A stretch of DNA of 64,000 nt from a virus (taxonomy: Duplodnaviria > Caudoviricetes), in IMG/VR virus record IMGVR_UViG_3300030376_006203, positions 32,001-96,000 of that record; one strand, given 5' to 3'. Positions 29,064 to 39,100 of this stretch are shown in pieces. Every line of letters starts with the position of its first letter. Within the stretch, counting starts at the first letter, position 1. Position numbers and translations under genes: made by a program. Below the pieces are notes generated by a model. That model saw only the letters and a list, made by a program, of their open reading frames with translations. It did not search any database and was not told where the DNA came from.

Positions 29064-30740
29064 TTATCCTATGTTAAAAGGCTTTTGTCCGTGCATCGGA
29101 AAGTATGCTACCCTATTTGGACTGCCATGTATAGTTGTATTTGTTGTGTAATCATCAGTGTTGCCTGTATCATTAAGATTAGCAACAGCATTTGATTCAA
29201 AATATGTTTTAACCTGTCCAGGTGTCCATTGCGGTTGTGCTTGAAGTAAACAACCAATCATGCCACACATTTGTGGAGCCGCCATTGATGTTCCTGAATA
29301 TTTGGCTTGTCTATAAGATGAATTAGCAAAGTATGTTGAGCCTTGATTATTTGGTTGAGCACTAATAATATATCTTCCTGCTGTGTAAATGTTTACACCT
29401 GGACCTGATTGACTGAATGTAGTTTTCTTATCTTTGTATCCCAGTTCAGTGAATACATCACTGTTTTCCAATGCACCAACCATAAATCCTTCATTTAAAT
29501 CTCCTGCCGGATTATCCTCAGTTGCATTTGGACCACTCAAAGTGTTTCCACCTTCATTTACTGATGGCGAACCTCCTCTGTGATAGTATAGATAATATGT
29601 TGACGCACCAACACCGATAGTGATATAGTTGTCGTAATCAACACCACCTGGTATATCCATTTTCATTGAATCATTTCCTGCGGCACAACACACATGAATT
29701 CCATTGTTGATCAATGTTTCTACATCAGCATCATTAGAAGCAAATTTTCTTGGAAACCCATATGTAGATGAACCTTGAAATTCTCCTATCAAGCCACGAT
29801 TTTGTAGTGCGGCATATGTTGTATCTGTGTGAGCAGTGCCTCTGTATCTTCCACCAGTAATAGGATATCCTGTTCCACCTTCTTGAAATTGAACTTCATT
29901 AGGAGTAACACCTGTATTAATATACCAAACATATCCAAAACTCATATTAACCACTGTGGGTTTACCTGTATAAGCGGCGTCATTCACATCATTCTTTTTG
30001 TTGTGCCAACCTATCAATGCGTCTACGGTGTTATCCCAAGATATGCTGTTTCCTGAATTAGCATAAAGAGTAATATTATAAATGTCTGAATTTTTACACC
30101 AACCGAATGTTTTACCAGCCATTGTGCCAATACAGTGTGTGCCATGACCATTTGTGTCTGTGTAAAAATTAGCAGGTTGTGAAAAACCAACTCCGCTGAT
30201 TGCTGACCAATCAACTTGTTTTAATCTTGTTGTTCCGTTAACATCTTCCCATTCTGGGTGACCAACTTGAATTCCTGTGTCCACAATAACTTGATCCACA
30301 TTTGTACCGTCTAGAACATAATCATAAGTTCCACCTGGATCGCCTGTGCCACCAGCAAAAGTGTTTGTCAAATTTATGTGTCTTAATAGACCCCAATTGT
30401 CTTGACTACCTGATGAAGTTGATGTACGGTTAAAATTTCCATCTTGAAAAGCAAAAGGTTTTATATCAGGTATTTCATCTACTGCTTGTACTGATATTAT
30501 TCTTGAATCATTTCTTAATCTCATTGCTTCGCTTAAAGAAAGATTGTAATGTGTATTTCTTGGATTGATTGCTCTTTCTTTAACAACGTCACACTGTCTA
30601 TCAGGAATAATACTTGAATCTACTGCGTCATTAGTAGATGTGTCATTGATCAGTTCATTGTGAACTGTGCGCCAATCAACATCTTTTTTAACTGTGACTA
30701 TATATTCTCTAATTTGATTTAAATCTGTACCTATCATCAA
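29064..30740 (-). CDS. subtilisin-like S8 serine protease
   Basis: Catalytic triad motifs IVDTG, GHGTHC, SGTSMAAP; AAGN oxyanion motif. Confidence 0.92.
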   Translation of the reverse strand: MMIGTDLNQIREYIVTVKKDVDWRTVHNELINDTSTNDAVDSSIIPDRQCDVVKERAINPRNTHYNLSLSEAMRLRNDSRIISVQAVDEIPDIKPFAFQDGNFNRTSTSSGSQDNWGLLRHINLTNTFAGGTGDPGGTYDYVLDGTNVDQVIVDTGIQVGHPEWEDVNGTTRLKQVDWSAISGVGFSQPANFYTDTNGHGTHCIGTMAGKTFGWCKNSDIYNITLYANSGNSISWDNTVDALIGWHNKKNDVNDAAYTGKPTVVNMSFGYVWYINTGVTPNEVQFQEGGTGYPITGGRYRGTAHTDTTYAALQNRGLIGEFQGSSTYGFPRKFASNDADVETLINNGIHVCCAAGNDSMKMDIPGGVDYDNYITIGVGASTYYLYYHRGGSPSVNEGGNTLSGPNATEDNPAGDLNEGFMVGALENSDVFTELGYKDKKTTFSQSGPGVNIYTAGRYIISAQPNNQGSTYFANSSYRQAKYSGTSMAAPQMCGMIGCLLQAQPQWTPGQVKTYFESNAVANLNDTGNTDDYTTNTTIHGSPNRVAYFPMHGQKPFNIG

Positions 30741-30743
30741 TCA

Positions 30744-33509
30744 TTACGAGACAATGGATCTATCACTGACTCTTCTCCAATTTGAACCATCATAGAATGC
30801 CGGTATAGCGCCGCTTGTTTCGTCAGTACAATACACCATACTTCCAGCGGATGCCACGAAAGTGTTTAATTCTGATACTGTTTTAGATAGTAATCTAAAT
30901 GGCACATCTGATTTTACTTCTCCTGCTCCACTTGCCGCATCTAATGTGATTGTTGTAGGTGAAGTGATTGAATAAGTTCCAACTAAATTGCTTGGAGGAG
31001 CGATACTACTTGCTTCAATGTTTGTTACTGATAAAGTATCTGTGCCACTGTTATATGTGAATGCTGAATCTCCACCAAATGCACCATTATTGTTAAACTG
31101 CACTTGAGTGTTTGCTCCGCCTGGAGTTCCGCCACCACCGCCACCACCTGTGTAACTGATAGTGATTAATCCATTATTAATAGTTGTTGATATATCTGTA
31201 CCACCTTGGAAAGTAAGTTCATCAACTGCCGAAGCCGCCATGTATGGAGTGCCTGAATCAGCATTAATAGTTTCGAATAAATTTTGATTTGTGGCTGGAT
31301 TTGTATTTGTTATTGTTAATATGTTTCCAGCAATTGCAGTTTGTATTCCAGATAAAGGATCACCATTGATTGTAAATGTATCAGTGGCACTTGATGCTGT
31401 GGCACTGCCTGTTTCTGCATCGATAGTTGAGAATAAATTTTGTGTTGAACCTGAAGAATTAATTGTAACAGATTTTCCTGTATTGTCTGTTGTTAATGTT
31501 GTGTTTGTGCCTGCCACAAAAGTTAATACACCATTTACTGAAGCAGTGGTTACATCTGTTTGTCCTGAAACTCTAACAGTGTTGAAAATATTTTGATCTA
31601 CATTTGGTGAAGTGTTTGTTACTGTGACAGATTTGCTTGTATTATTCATTCCAAATGATACACCGCCGCCACTTACAAAATTTAATGTTGTTGAATCACT
31701 GTTTGCTTGAATTGTTGTGTCGTCATCTGGCGAAGCCACTGAACTGAATAAGTTTTGATCAACATTTGGTGCTGAGTTTGTGATAGTTACTTGATCACCT
31801 GAAGCATCACCTGTGACAGTAATACCTGTGCCAGCCGCAAATGATAGAGTGTCTGTTGTTGTGTCTGCGGAAATTGTTACGCCACCTGCTAATACATTCT
31901 GGAAAATATTTTGATCAACATTTGGATTGCTGTTGGTGATTGTGATTAAATCATTTGAAGCAGTCATTGTGATACCATTTCCTGTTTGGAAATTTAATGT
32001 ATCAACATTTGAATTTGCTGTTGTAGAACCACCTGATGGTGTAATAGCAAAAGTTTTGTAAGCAAAGTTATCTGATGTGTTGAAATTGTTATTGCTACCT
32101 GTGTAAGCAATTTGTAATTCGCCAGCGACAACATTGGTTGAAATATCAGTGCCGCCAATTATTTTTAAAGTGTCTGTGACAGAAGATGCTGTGATTGTAT
32201 CATCTGAATCATCTGCTACTCTATAAAATATGTTTTGATCAACGTTCGGAGCATCATTTGTGATTGTAACTTGATCAACTGCTCCACCTGGACCTGAACC
32301 TGTGCCTGTTGCTGTAACACTTATTCCTGAACCACCGCCTATGTATAATACATCATTTGGATCGTCTGCTATCAGTTCCACATTGTTGCCAGGAGTACCT
32401 ATAGCAACTATTTCAAAATTGTTTGCTTCGCCACCAACGTTACCTGTGTAATTTATTTCTAATGTGCTACCTACTATGTTTGTAGAAATTGATGAACCAC
32501 CTACAATGTTGAAAGTGTCTGTTGTTGTCCCGGCTGTTTTACTTCCTGAGTCTGAACCAAAAGTTTGGAAAATATTTTGTTCTGTGACACTGCTGTCTAT
32601 TTGAATTGTGTCATTGCTGGCATTAGGTGTAATCACTATGCCTTGTCCTGCAACTAAAGTTAATGTATCACTTGTAGAATCTGCTACCACATCAGTAACG
32701 CCAACTTTTATAGTACCAAAAGCATTTGCCAATGTTTGTGTGTTATTAATTGTAAGTGAATTTTCGTCTGTGCGTGTAACAGAAATATTTGTTCCTGGTT
32801 GAATTTTAACATCATCTGTAGCACCTGCTGAACTCTGCAGTCTAATTACAATGTCACTGTCTCCATCCTGAGCACTTGAAATGCCGTAGGTTGTATCAGT
32901 GTCCGTACTTGTGAATGTTAATGAATTTGAATCTCTTGTGATACCTACATTTGTACCAGCAACCAAAGTGATATCTTGTATCGCATCTGTGCTGTCTCTT
33001 AATCTAATTTTTTTACTGTTTACATCATCGCCATCTGCACCTGTTAATGTGTAAGTGGTATTTCCATCTGCTACTCCACCGCCTCCACCTGAATGACTGA
33101 TAGTTAAAACATCCGTTCCGTTTTCTTCTGTAAGTGCTGTTGTAACATCACCTGAACCTTGAATTTTTAATGTGTTGCCTGGCAATATTGTTCTTGCCAC
33201 AGAATCATCTGCTGTGATGATTAATCCGCCACCACCTTGAATGGTAACATTTCCACCACCACCGCCACCTTGTCCCAATAAACTTTGTGTGTCTGTTAAT
33301 TCAGATATGTCTGCTGGTATTGTGGGTGCCCCTTGTAGTTCACTGTATTGAAGTGTGAATGGTTGACTGTTGATAGTGATGCTTTGAGTTTGAATTGCAT
33401 TTACACCAACTAGATTAGAATTAGTAAGATCAAGATTATCATTGATCGGTAATTCTTTTATCTTATTGCCGTCTGTTGTGTCTACTACTAGTGGTATTCT
33501 GTTTGCCAT
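30744..33509 (-). CDS. repeat-rich tail fibre protein
   Basis: About ten ~50-aa repeats (NVDQNIF/QNLF..ADS..DTL.F.GG.GI), poly-Gly hinges. Confidence 0.75.
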   Translation of the reverse strand: MANRIPLVVDTTDGNKIKELPINDNLDLTNSNLVGVNAIQTQSITINSQPFTLQYSELQGAPTIPADISELTDTQSLLGQGGGGGGNVTIQGGGGLIITADDSVARTILPGNTLKIQGSGDVTTALTEENGTDVLTISHSGGGGGVADGNTTYTLTGADGDDVNSKKIRLRDSTDAIQDITLVAGTNVGITRDSNSLTFTSTDTDTTYGISSAQDGDSDIVIRLQSSAGATDDVKIQPGTNISVTRTDENSLTINNTQTLANAFGTIKVGVTDVVADSTSDTLTLVAGQGIVITPNASNDTIQIDSSVTEQNIFQTFGSDSGSKTAGTTTDTFNIVGGSSISTNIVGSTLEINYTGNVGGEANNFEIVAIGTPGNNVELIADDPNDVLYIGGGSGISVTATGTGSGPGGAVDQVTITNDAPNVDQNIFYRVADDSDDTITASSVTDTLKIIGGTDISTNVVAGELQIAYTGSNNNFNTSDNFAYKTFAITPSGGSTTANSNVDTLNFQTGNGITMTASNDLITITNSNPNVDQNIFQNVLAGGVTISADTTTDTLSFAAGTGITVTGDASGDQVTITNSAPNVDQNLFSSVASPDDDTTIQANSDSTTLNFVSGGGVSFGMNNTSKSVTVTNTSPNVDQNIFNTVRVSGQTDVTTASVNGVLTFVAGTNTTLTTDNTGKSVTINSSGSTQNLFSTIDAETGSATASSATDTFTINGDPLSGIQTAIAGNILTITNTNPATNQNLFETINADSGTPYMAASAVDELTFQGGTDISTTINNGLITISYTGGGGGGGTPGGANTQVQFNNNGAFGGDSAFTYNSGTDTLSVTNIEASSIAPPSNLVGTYSITSPTTITLDAASGAGEVKSDVPFRLLSKTVSELNTFVASAGSMVYCTDETSGAIPAFYDGSNWRRVSDRSIVS
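31150..32800 (-). repeat. tandem degenerate ~150-nt coding repeats
   Basis: PNVDQN(I/L)F occurs 4 times plus QNLF/NAF/NNF variants. Confidence 0.7.
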
Positions 33510-33531
33510 TTTTTGCCCCTTGTATCTATAT

Positions 33532-34407
33532 TTATCCGGTTGGTGCTGTGTTCTTATATGGGTGACTGACAGGTAAATTACTTGTTAATCCCCATTTGTG
33601 AGCAAGATAACCTTCTGCTTTTTCTATGTAAAATTTGTTGCCACTGCCAAGGCCAGGTAAACCTTGTGACACCATAAATTCAAACAGTTTACCGCCAAAG
33701 GTTTGACTGCCTCTGTTTCTGAATATGTTCATTCCTGCTGTGGTTTTAATACTGTTGTCGTAATCTGTTTCTGGTGTGAAGGCGTTGTTACCGTTCACTC
33801 TTACACCAATTTCACCGTGCGATTTGTCAAAGTAACATAATATCATAAAGTTAGTATTTGGTTGGATAGGTGTCTGGGCAGTAAAGTCTATCAAGTTACC
33901 TGCGTTACTGCTGATCCTGTTTGAACTCAAACCATCAAGATCCAGTTCACCTTCAAAATCGTTTACATTACCTGCACTGATGGCATAATCTCTGTTAGGC
34001 GTTTCTGTGGTATCAAAACTCCATATTGAATCCTTGCTGTTGTTCACACTGGCAATAGTGCCTGCGAATGCGGCCCAATGGTTACCACCGTTGGCAATCG
34101 CAAAAGAACCTGTGCTGAGATATTCATTTGAAGCGTGATCAAACACAATGATTTGTTTGTTGTCTTCTGTGCCCTGTTGTGGATCGTTGTTGATGTCGAT
34201 GACAACTCCTGAATTTCCAGAAGCATCAATGATATTTGTTAATGCGTTAGTGCCTCCGGCTGGCGAAATAGTGGTTGTTGAGGTATCGCTTGGATTGAGC
34301 CACATTCTTAGATCGTTTTCTAACATTGAAGGAGACCAATCACGAGTGAAAGCACTTGCTCTACGTCCTGCGAAAAAACTACCTGTTGCGGTTCCTATTA
34401 GAGGCAT
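33532..34407 (-). CDS. concanavalin A/LamG-like lectin domain virion protein
   Basis: WSPS..LRMWL..beta-rich body..EGYLAHKWGL..LP..HPYK C-terminal motif. Confidence 0.65.
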   Translation of the reverse strand: MPLIGTATGSFFAGRRASAFTRDWSPSMLENDLRMWLNPSDTSTTTISPAGGTNALTNIIDASGNSGVVIDINNDPQQGTEDNKQIIVFDHASNEYLSTGSFAIANGGNHWAAFAGTIASVNNSKDSIWSFDTTETPNRDYAISAGNVNDFEGELDLDGLSSNRISSNAGNLIDFTAQTPIQPNTNFMILCYFDKSHGEIGVRVNGNNAFTPETDYDNSIKTTAGMNIFRNRGSQTFGGKLFEFMVSQGLPGLGSGNKFYIEKAEGYLAHKWGLTSNLPVSHPYKNTAPTG

Positions 34408-36188
34408 TATACTCCTCCAAATGATACCATTTGTCCTAGCACAACATATGAACTACTGACTTTTAATATTGTGAATGAGAAACTGTCTACACCGTTGGCT
34501 GTTCCTGTTGGCGCATTGTTGTTTTGCCATACGATAGTTTGTGCCGCACCACCAATTTGAACTGCTGTGATTTCGTGTGCTGTGTTACCTTGATCAATAA
34601 CTATTGTAAGGTTTGTTGCGTGTCCTGATGCCAAACCTAAATTTGTAAAGTTTGCTGTGATGTCTCCTGCTGTACTAGTGTGATAGAACATATGACCATC
34701 TGCACAATCATGAGCAACAACACCTGATTGACCTGTCAGTGCGTTGTATGATTCTTCAACACCTGCTGTGAACATTGTGCGTCCTTTGAGGTTAACACTT
34801 GTACCATTGCTTTCATTACCAATCAGTACGTCACCTATACCACTTGATTGACCTATATTGATTTGACCGTTGTTGGTTGAATCAAGTATCACATAGTTGC
34901 TAGCCTGTACGGTAACATTTCCACCTGTTGTAGTTAAACTGAGTGCGTATGGATTGATTGTAAAAGTACCTGAGTGTGTAAGACTGAATCCGGAAATAAC
35001 TGGACCACCTGCTATTTCAATATTGTCTTGGAATGATATCTGTGTGCTGTCGTCTGATCCAATCTGTGTGCCAGCAAAAGTTAAACCACCCACTGTACCA
35101 GTAGTTGATGTTAAATTTCCTGTAATGGTAATATCACCATTGCCTGTGATATCGTTGTTGTTTAAATCTAATGAGCCACCTAGTTGTGGAGTTGTATCCT
35201 GAAGGATATCTGTAATTCCACCACCACTCACAGTGTCAAATTCTAAAGCATTTTCACCAGCATTTACTTTGACAAATTTTCCTGCTTGTCCTGAAAAGTT
35301 TGCTGGAGTATCTGATAATGAAGCAAAAGCCTGTGCTGGTACTGAAGTCAAGTAACCTGAATCATTTGTGAATGTACTAATATTTGTTGGTGCTCCTGTC
35401 AAGTCAGCATATGCACCTGAAAACAAAGTTGGTTTGCCTGTTAAATCAGCATACGCACCAGAGAACAAAGATGGTGTGTTTGTAAAGTTATTGTAATCTA
35501 AATAGTAACTGGCATTTTGTCCACCTAAAGTTGTTGCTGTAATTCCAGTTAATGCTGATCCATCAATTGCCGGAAGAGCACCTGTAAGTGTTGTTGCGTT
35601 CAATGTGCCATTTACACTGTCAACTAATAATGTTGAGTCTGCCGCAACAATGTCTATTGAATGTGTTGAACCACTTGTCAATACTGAACTTGAAATAGCA
35701 TTGTCTACTTCAGTTTTTGTATAAGCATCTGAGATTCCATATCCTGATAATGTTGTTGGCTTACTTGTTAAATCTGCAAACGCACCTGAAAATAAAGTTG
35801 GCTTACCAGTTAAATCTGCATATGCACCTGAAAATAATGTAGGAGTGTTTGTAAAATTGTTATAGTCTAGATAATAACTTGCGTTCTGTCCACCAAATGT
35901 AGTTGTTGTGATTCCTGTCAATGCTGAACCATCTATTGCCGGCAGTGCACCGGATAAATTTGCTGAAGGTATTGTGCTGTTTATTCCATCAACCAGTAAT
36001 GTTGAATCGTCACCAAACACAGAACCTTTGATATCACCAGTTGTTACTGTGACACCACCTGTTTCAAGATTAGTTACTTTAAGAGAAAGTTCTGCGAAGT
36101 TATCATTAATCTTATCAAAGGCGGTTCTTAATGGTTCACCGTCACCCTTGTTTGGACTTGTACCAATATTGATAATTTGAATTGCCAT
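34407..36188 (-). CDS. tail fibre protein
   Basis: gp9/gp10-like N-terminus, LFSGAYADLTGKPT repeats, DTTPQLGGSLDLN motif. Confidence 0.8.
   Translation of the reverse strand: MAIQIINIGTSPNKGDGEPLRTAFDKINDNFAELSLKVTNLETGGVTVTTGDIKGSVFGDDSTLLVDGINSTIPSANLSGALPAIDGSALTGITTTTFGGQNASYYLDYNNFTNTPTLFSGAYADLTGKPTLFSGAFADLTSKPTTLSGYGISDAYTKTEVDNAISSSVLTSGSTHSIDIVAADSTLLVDSVNGTLNATTLTGALPAIDGSALTGITATTLGGQNASYYLDYNNFTNTPSLFSGAYADLTGKPTLFSGAYADLTGAPTNISTFTNDSGYLTSVPAQAFASLSDTPANFSGQAGKFVKVNAGENALEFDTVSGGGITDILQDTTPQLGGSLDLNNNDITGNGDITITGNLTSTTGTVGGLTFAGTQIGSDDSTQISFQDNIEIAGGPVISGFSLTHSGTFTINPYALSLTTTGGNVTVQASNYVILDSTNNGQINIGQSSGIGDVLIGNESNGTSVNLKGRTMFTAGVEESYNALTGQSGVVAHDCADGHMFYHTSTAGDITANFTNLGLASGHATNLTIVIDQGNTAHEITAVQIGGAAQTIVWQNNNAPTGTANGVDSFSFTILKVSSSYVVLGQMVSFGGV
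35389..36010 (-). repeat. internal duplication in tail fibre gene (two ~250-nt copies)
   Basis: DSTLLVD..GALPAIDGSALTGIT..GGQNASYYLDYNNFTNTP.LFSGAYADLTGKPTLFSGA.ADLT present twice. Confidence 0.85.
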
Positions 36189-39100
36189 TATACTCTACCT
36201 ACCACTGCTTCTATAACACCTTCTCCGGCATCTGTTTTGTTTTCTAATGCTTTACCTATCACTGTGCCTACTTTAGGATCAGTGCTTCTTGTAGCAAATC
36301 CTTTTGTGCTTGAACTTACCAACATATCACCTTTTTGTACAACACCAACAACTTTAACAGGAGTTCTTCCTGTCAATGCCACTGCTGTTACATTTTCACC
36401 TTCCAGTGAAGTATTCATTAAGTGTGCTGGATTTTCAGAAACAACACCTGCGACTCTTGTGTCGTCTCTTAATGATGTTGTGGTTACTTCTGCGTCACCA
36501 CCAAATATTAAAACTGTTCCCACTTCGTACTGATTGTCAGCAAGATAATTCTCAGCCAAGTCAGCATATTGAGCCTGCGTTGCTGTACCATCAAAAATTT
36601 CTGCGTATACATTTTTAAATCGTTTGCCAGATGATGAACCAATATCAATGTTATTATTTCCTGGAATTAAACCTTGTGCTGTTGCTATCACAGGAACAAC
36701 ACCATCTGCCACAAGTGCTATTTGACCTTCTGTAGATTCATCTAATCCTACAATGTATGGATTATCATTTCCTAATGCTATACCTGTAAAGTTAGCACCT
36801 TTACCTTCTGACTCAATATATTTTGTGTAGATGTAAGTTGAAGCCAATGCAGGATCTGTGTTTTGTGCTGATCCATTATCATTGCTTGGTGATGCTGAAG
36901 CATCTGCTCCGCCAAAACTAAATCTATTACCTGTAAATGTGTGTTGTGTATTATCTGTGTTAGAACCAATTACACCGTATGCTAAAACTCCACCTGGTGT
37001 AGAAACTTGAAGTGTAGAAGCAGAAGTGTCAAACACTAATGTGCCATCTAATGCTAATGAACTAACATCAAGTTGTCCGTTTGTATCAGTTTTAACAATA
37101 CTGTTGCCTTCACCTGTTTGTGAAACATTTGTGTAAGCATAAGTTGTAGCACCTGTTTTGATTAAAGCACTTCCTGGATCTGCCGCAACACCTACTTCTG
37201 CTACAAAATCTCCATCTTCTAAACCGCCACCAACTCCAACAATAGTAGAGAAAGCAACTGCCTCAGGAGCACCTGTACCTGCTGTTGACCTACCAAATGC
37301 AAATGAATTTGCCAGTTCAGGTAAGTCTGCTAAATCTACAGAAGCACTTTTTAATGTTACCCAACCGTTAGTAACTGTAAAGTCACCTGCATCAAAACTT
37401 GCTAAACCTAAATCTGCTTGAGTAATACCTGTGTCATTGGCTCTTGTTGTTGCCGCCTGCATTGCCAATTTACTTTGACTGATTGCCGCTGTTGGCGATA
37501 CATCTGCGTTTATGATTGAATCAGCATTAAGTTGGAAATTAATTGTTGTTTCAGAATTTGTTCTTGTGGCACTAACTGTGATATCTGATCCTGCATCTTC
37601 AACGCCGTTTCCAATTTCATAGATACCAGCATTAATCACATTGGCTGTGACACCAGAACCATTATCAATTAAATCATTTGTGTTAAAATCTGTACCACTT
37701 GTTAAATTGTAACTGATTCTTGTTGCTAGTCCATAACCTGGAACATTTTCTTGAATTAAATCATAGATTACACCAGTTGCGCCTGAGTTTGAACCAGTGA
37801 TTGTCATACCACCTGCAAACAGTCCACCGTTTGCTGGAGTTGTGAAAATTCTTCTAGCACCATTGTAAACTAATAATTGTCCTGCTGATGTTGGAGCAAG
37901 AATGTTTACATCTCTATTGTCAACTAATTCATCTGTGTCATAATTAACTTGGTCAACATAAGATTTTGTTGCCGCGTCTTGATCCACACCTGGATCTTGT
38001 AAATTTTGTATTTTAAATCCACCTGCTGAAATATTATCTGTGAATGGAGTTGAACCATCTCTTGCTAAAGCACCAGCACCAATTGGGTTACTTACTAATT
38101 GTCCTTGATGATCAAAATGTAATCTTCTGTTTACATATCCTCTAACAGCCGACTCAGTTGGCACTGTGTCAGATGAATTATCTGTCATTGCTGTGTCAGA
38201 TGAAAATTCTGCTACAACAACACCACGTTTAAATCCAATACCATCCAAGTTACTCAAAGCAATTGATGCCGAGAATGTTACAGAACCAGTACCTTGGTCA
38301 ACTGTGAAGAATTTACCAACACGGAAGAAACCGTCTTGGTCAGTTGACACGTAGAACACACGTCCTTTGCCACGTTCATCTACTTCGTATGCTTGAACTG
38401 GTGCTTGAGGATCACCATAAATTACATTCGGATAGTTTGTTGTGTTGAAACCACCTGTACCTATATCTAAGAAATCATGTCCAGTTGCTCTACAAGTTGA
38501 TATAGAAACTGTTAAAGTTCCTGTTTCGCCTGCGGCAAGGTTTGCTCTCAAGTTTACACTTTGATTTAATCTGTATACTGAACTGTGTAGACCTGTGCCA
38601 ATTGGAGTAGCATTTATATCATTTACATCCACAAGAGAAATTGTAGCATAAGTTGTTCTGTCTGTGTATCCTGTAATTCTGTGAACTTTACCATCCCAAC
38701 CAAATATCATGTCACCAGCATTTAATCTATTAATGTCTGATTGTTGTGTTAAAACATCAATAGCAATTACCACGTCACCCGGTGTATTACCCATTGTTGT
38801 TCCTGTGCCAGCATATGTGTTGTTGACTGCTTCAGTCATGTTAACATTCATTTTAACTGTGTCGAATGGAGAATCCATTCCAATGATTGCTTCATCATTT
38901 GCTAGAGCATTTCCAACCGAATCATTTGTTTGGAAAGAAACACTTCTGTAAACAGCATCTGTGTATTCATCAAACACAATCGCTGTTGATGGTCTTGTAG
39001 GTGAAACATCTTCTAAATCTTCAAACTTAAATGATCTAGATGATCTAACAGTTACAACTTGATCTGCTGTAAGAGCCTGTTTCAATCCACTTGTTGCTGT

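Noticed and set aside
35389-36010. Duplicated block as a DGR template/variable repeat or a CRISPR
   Set aside because: Both copies are in-frame coding with mostly synonymous differences; no RT in the window
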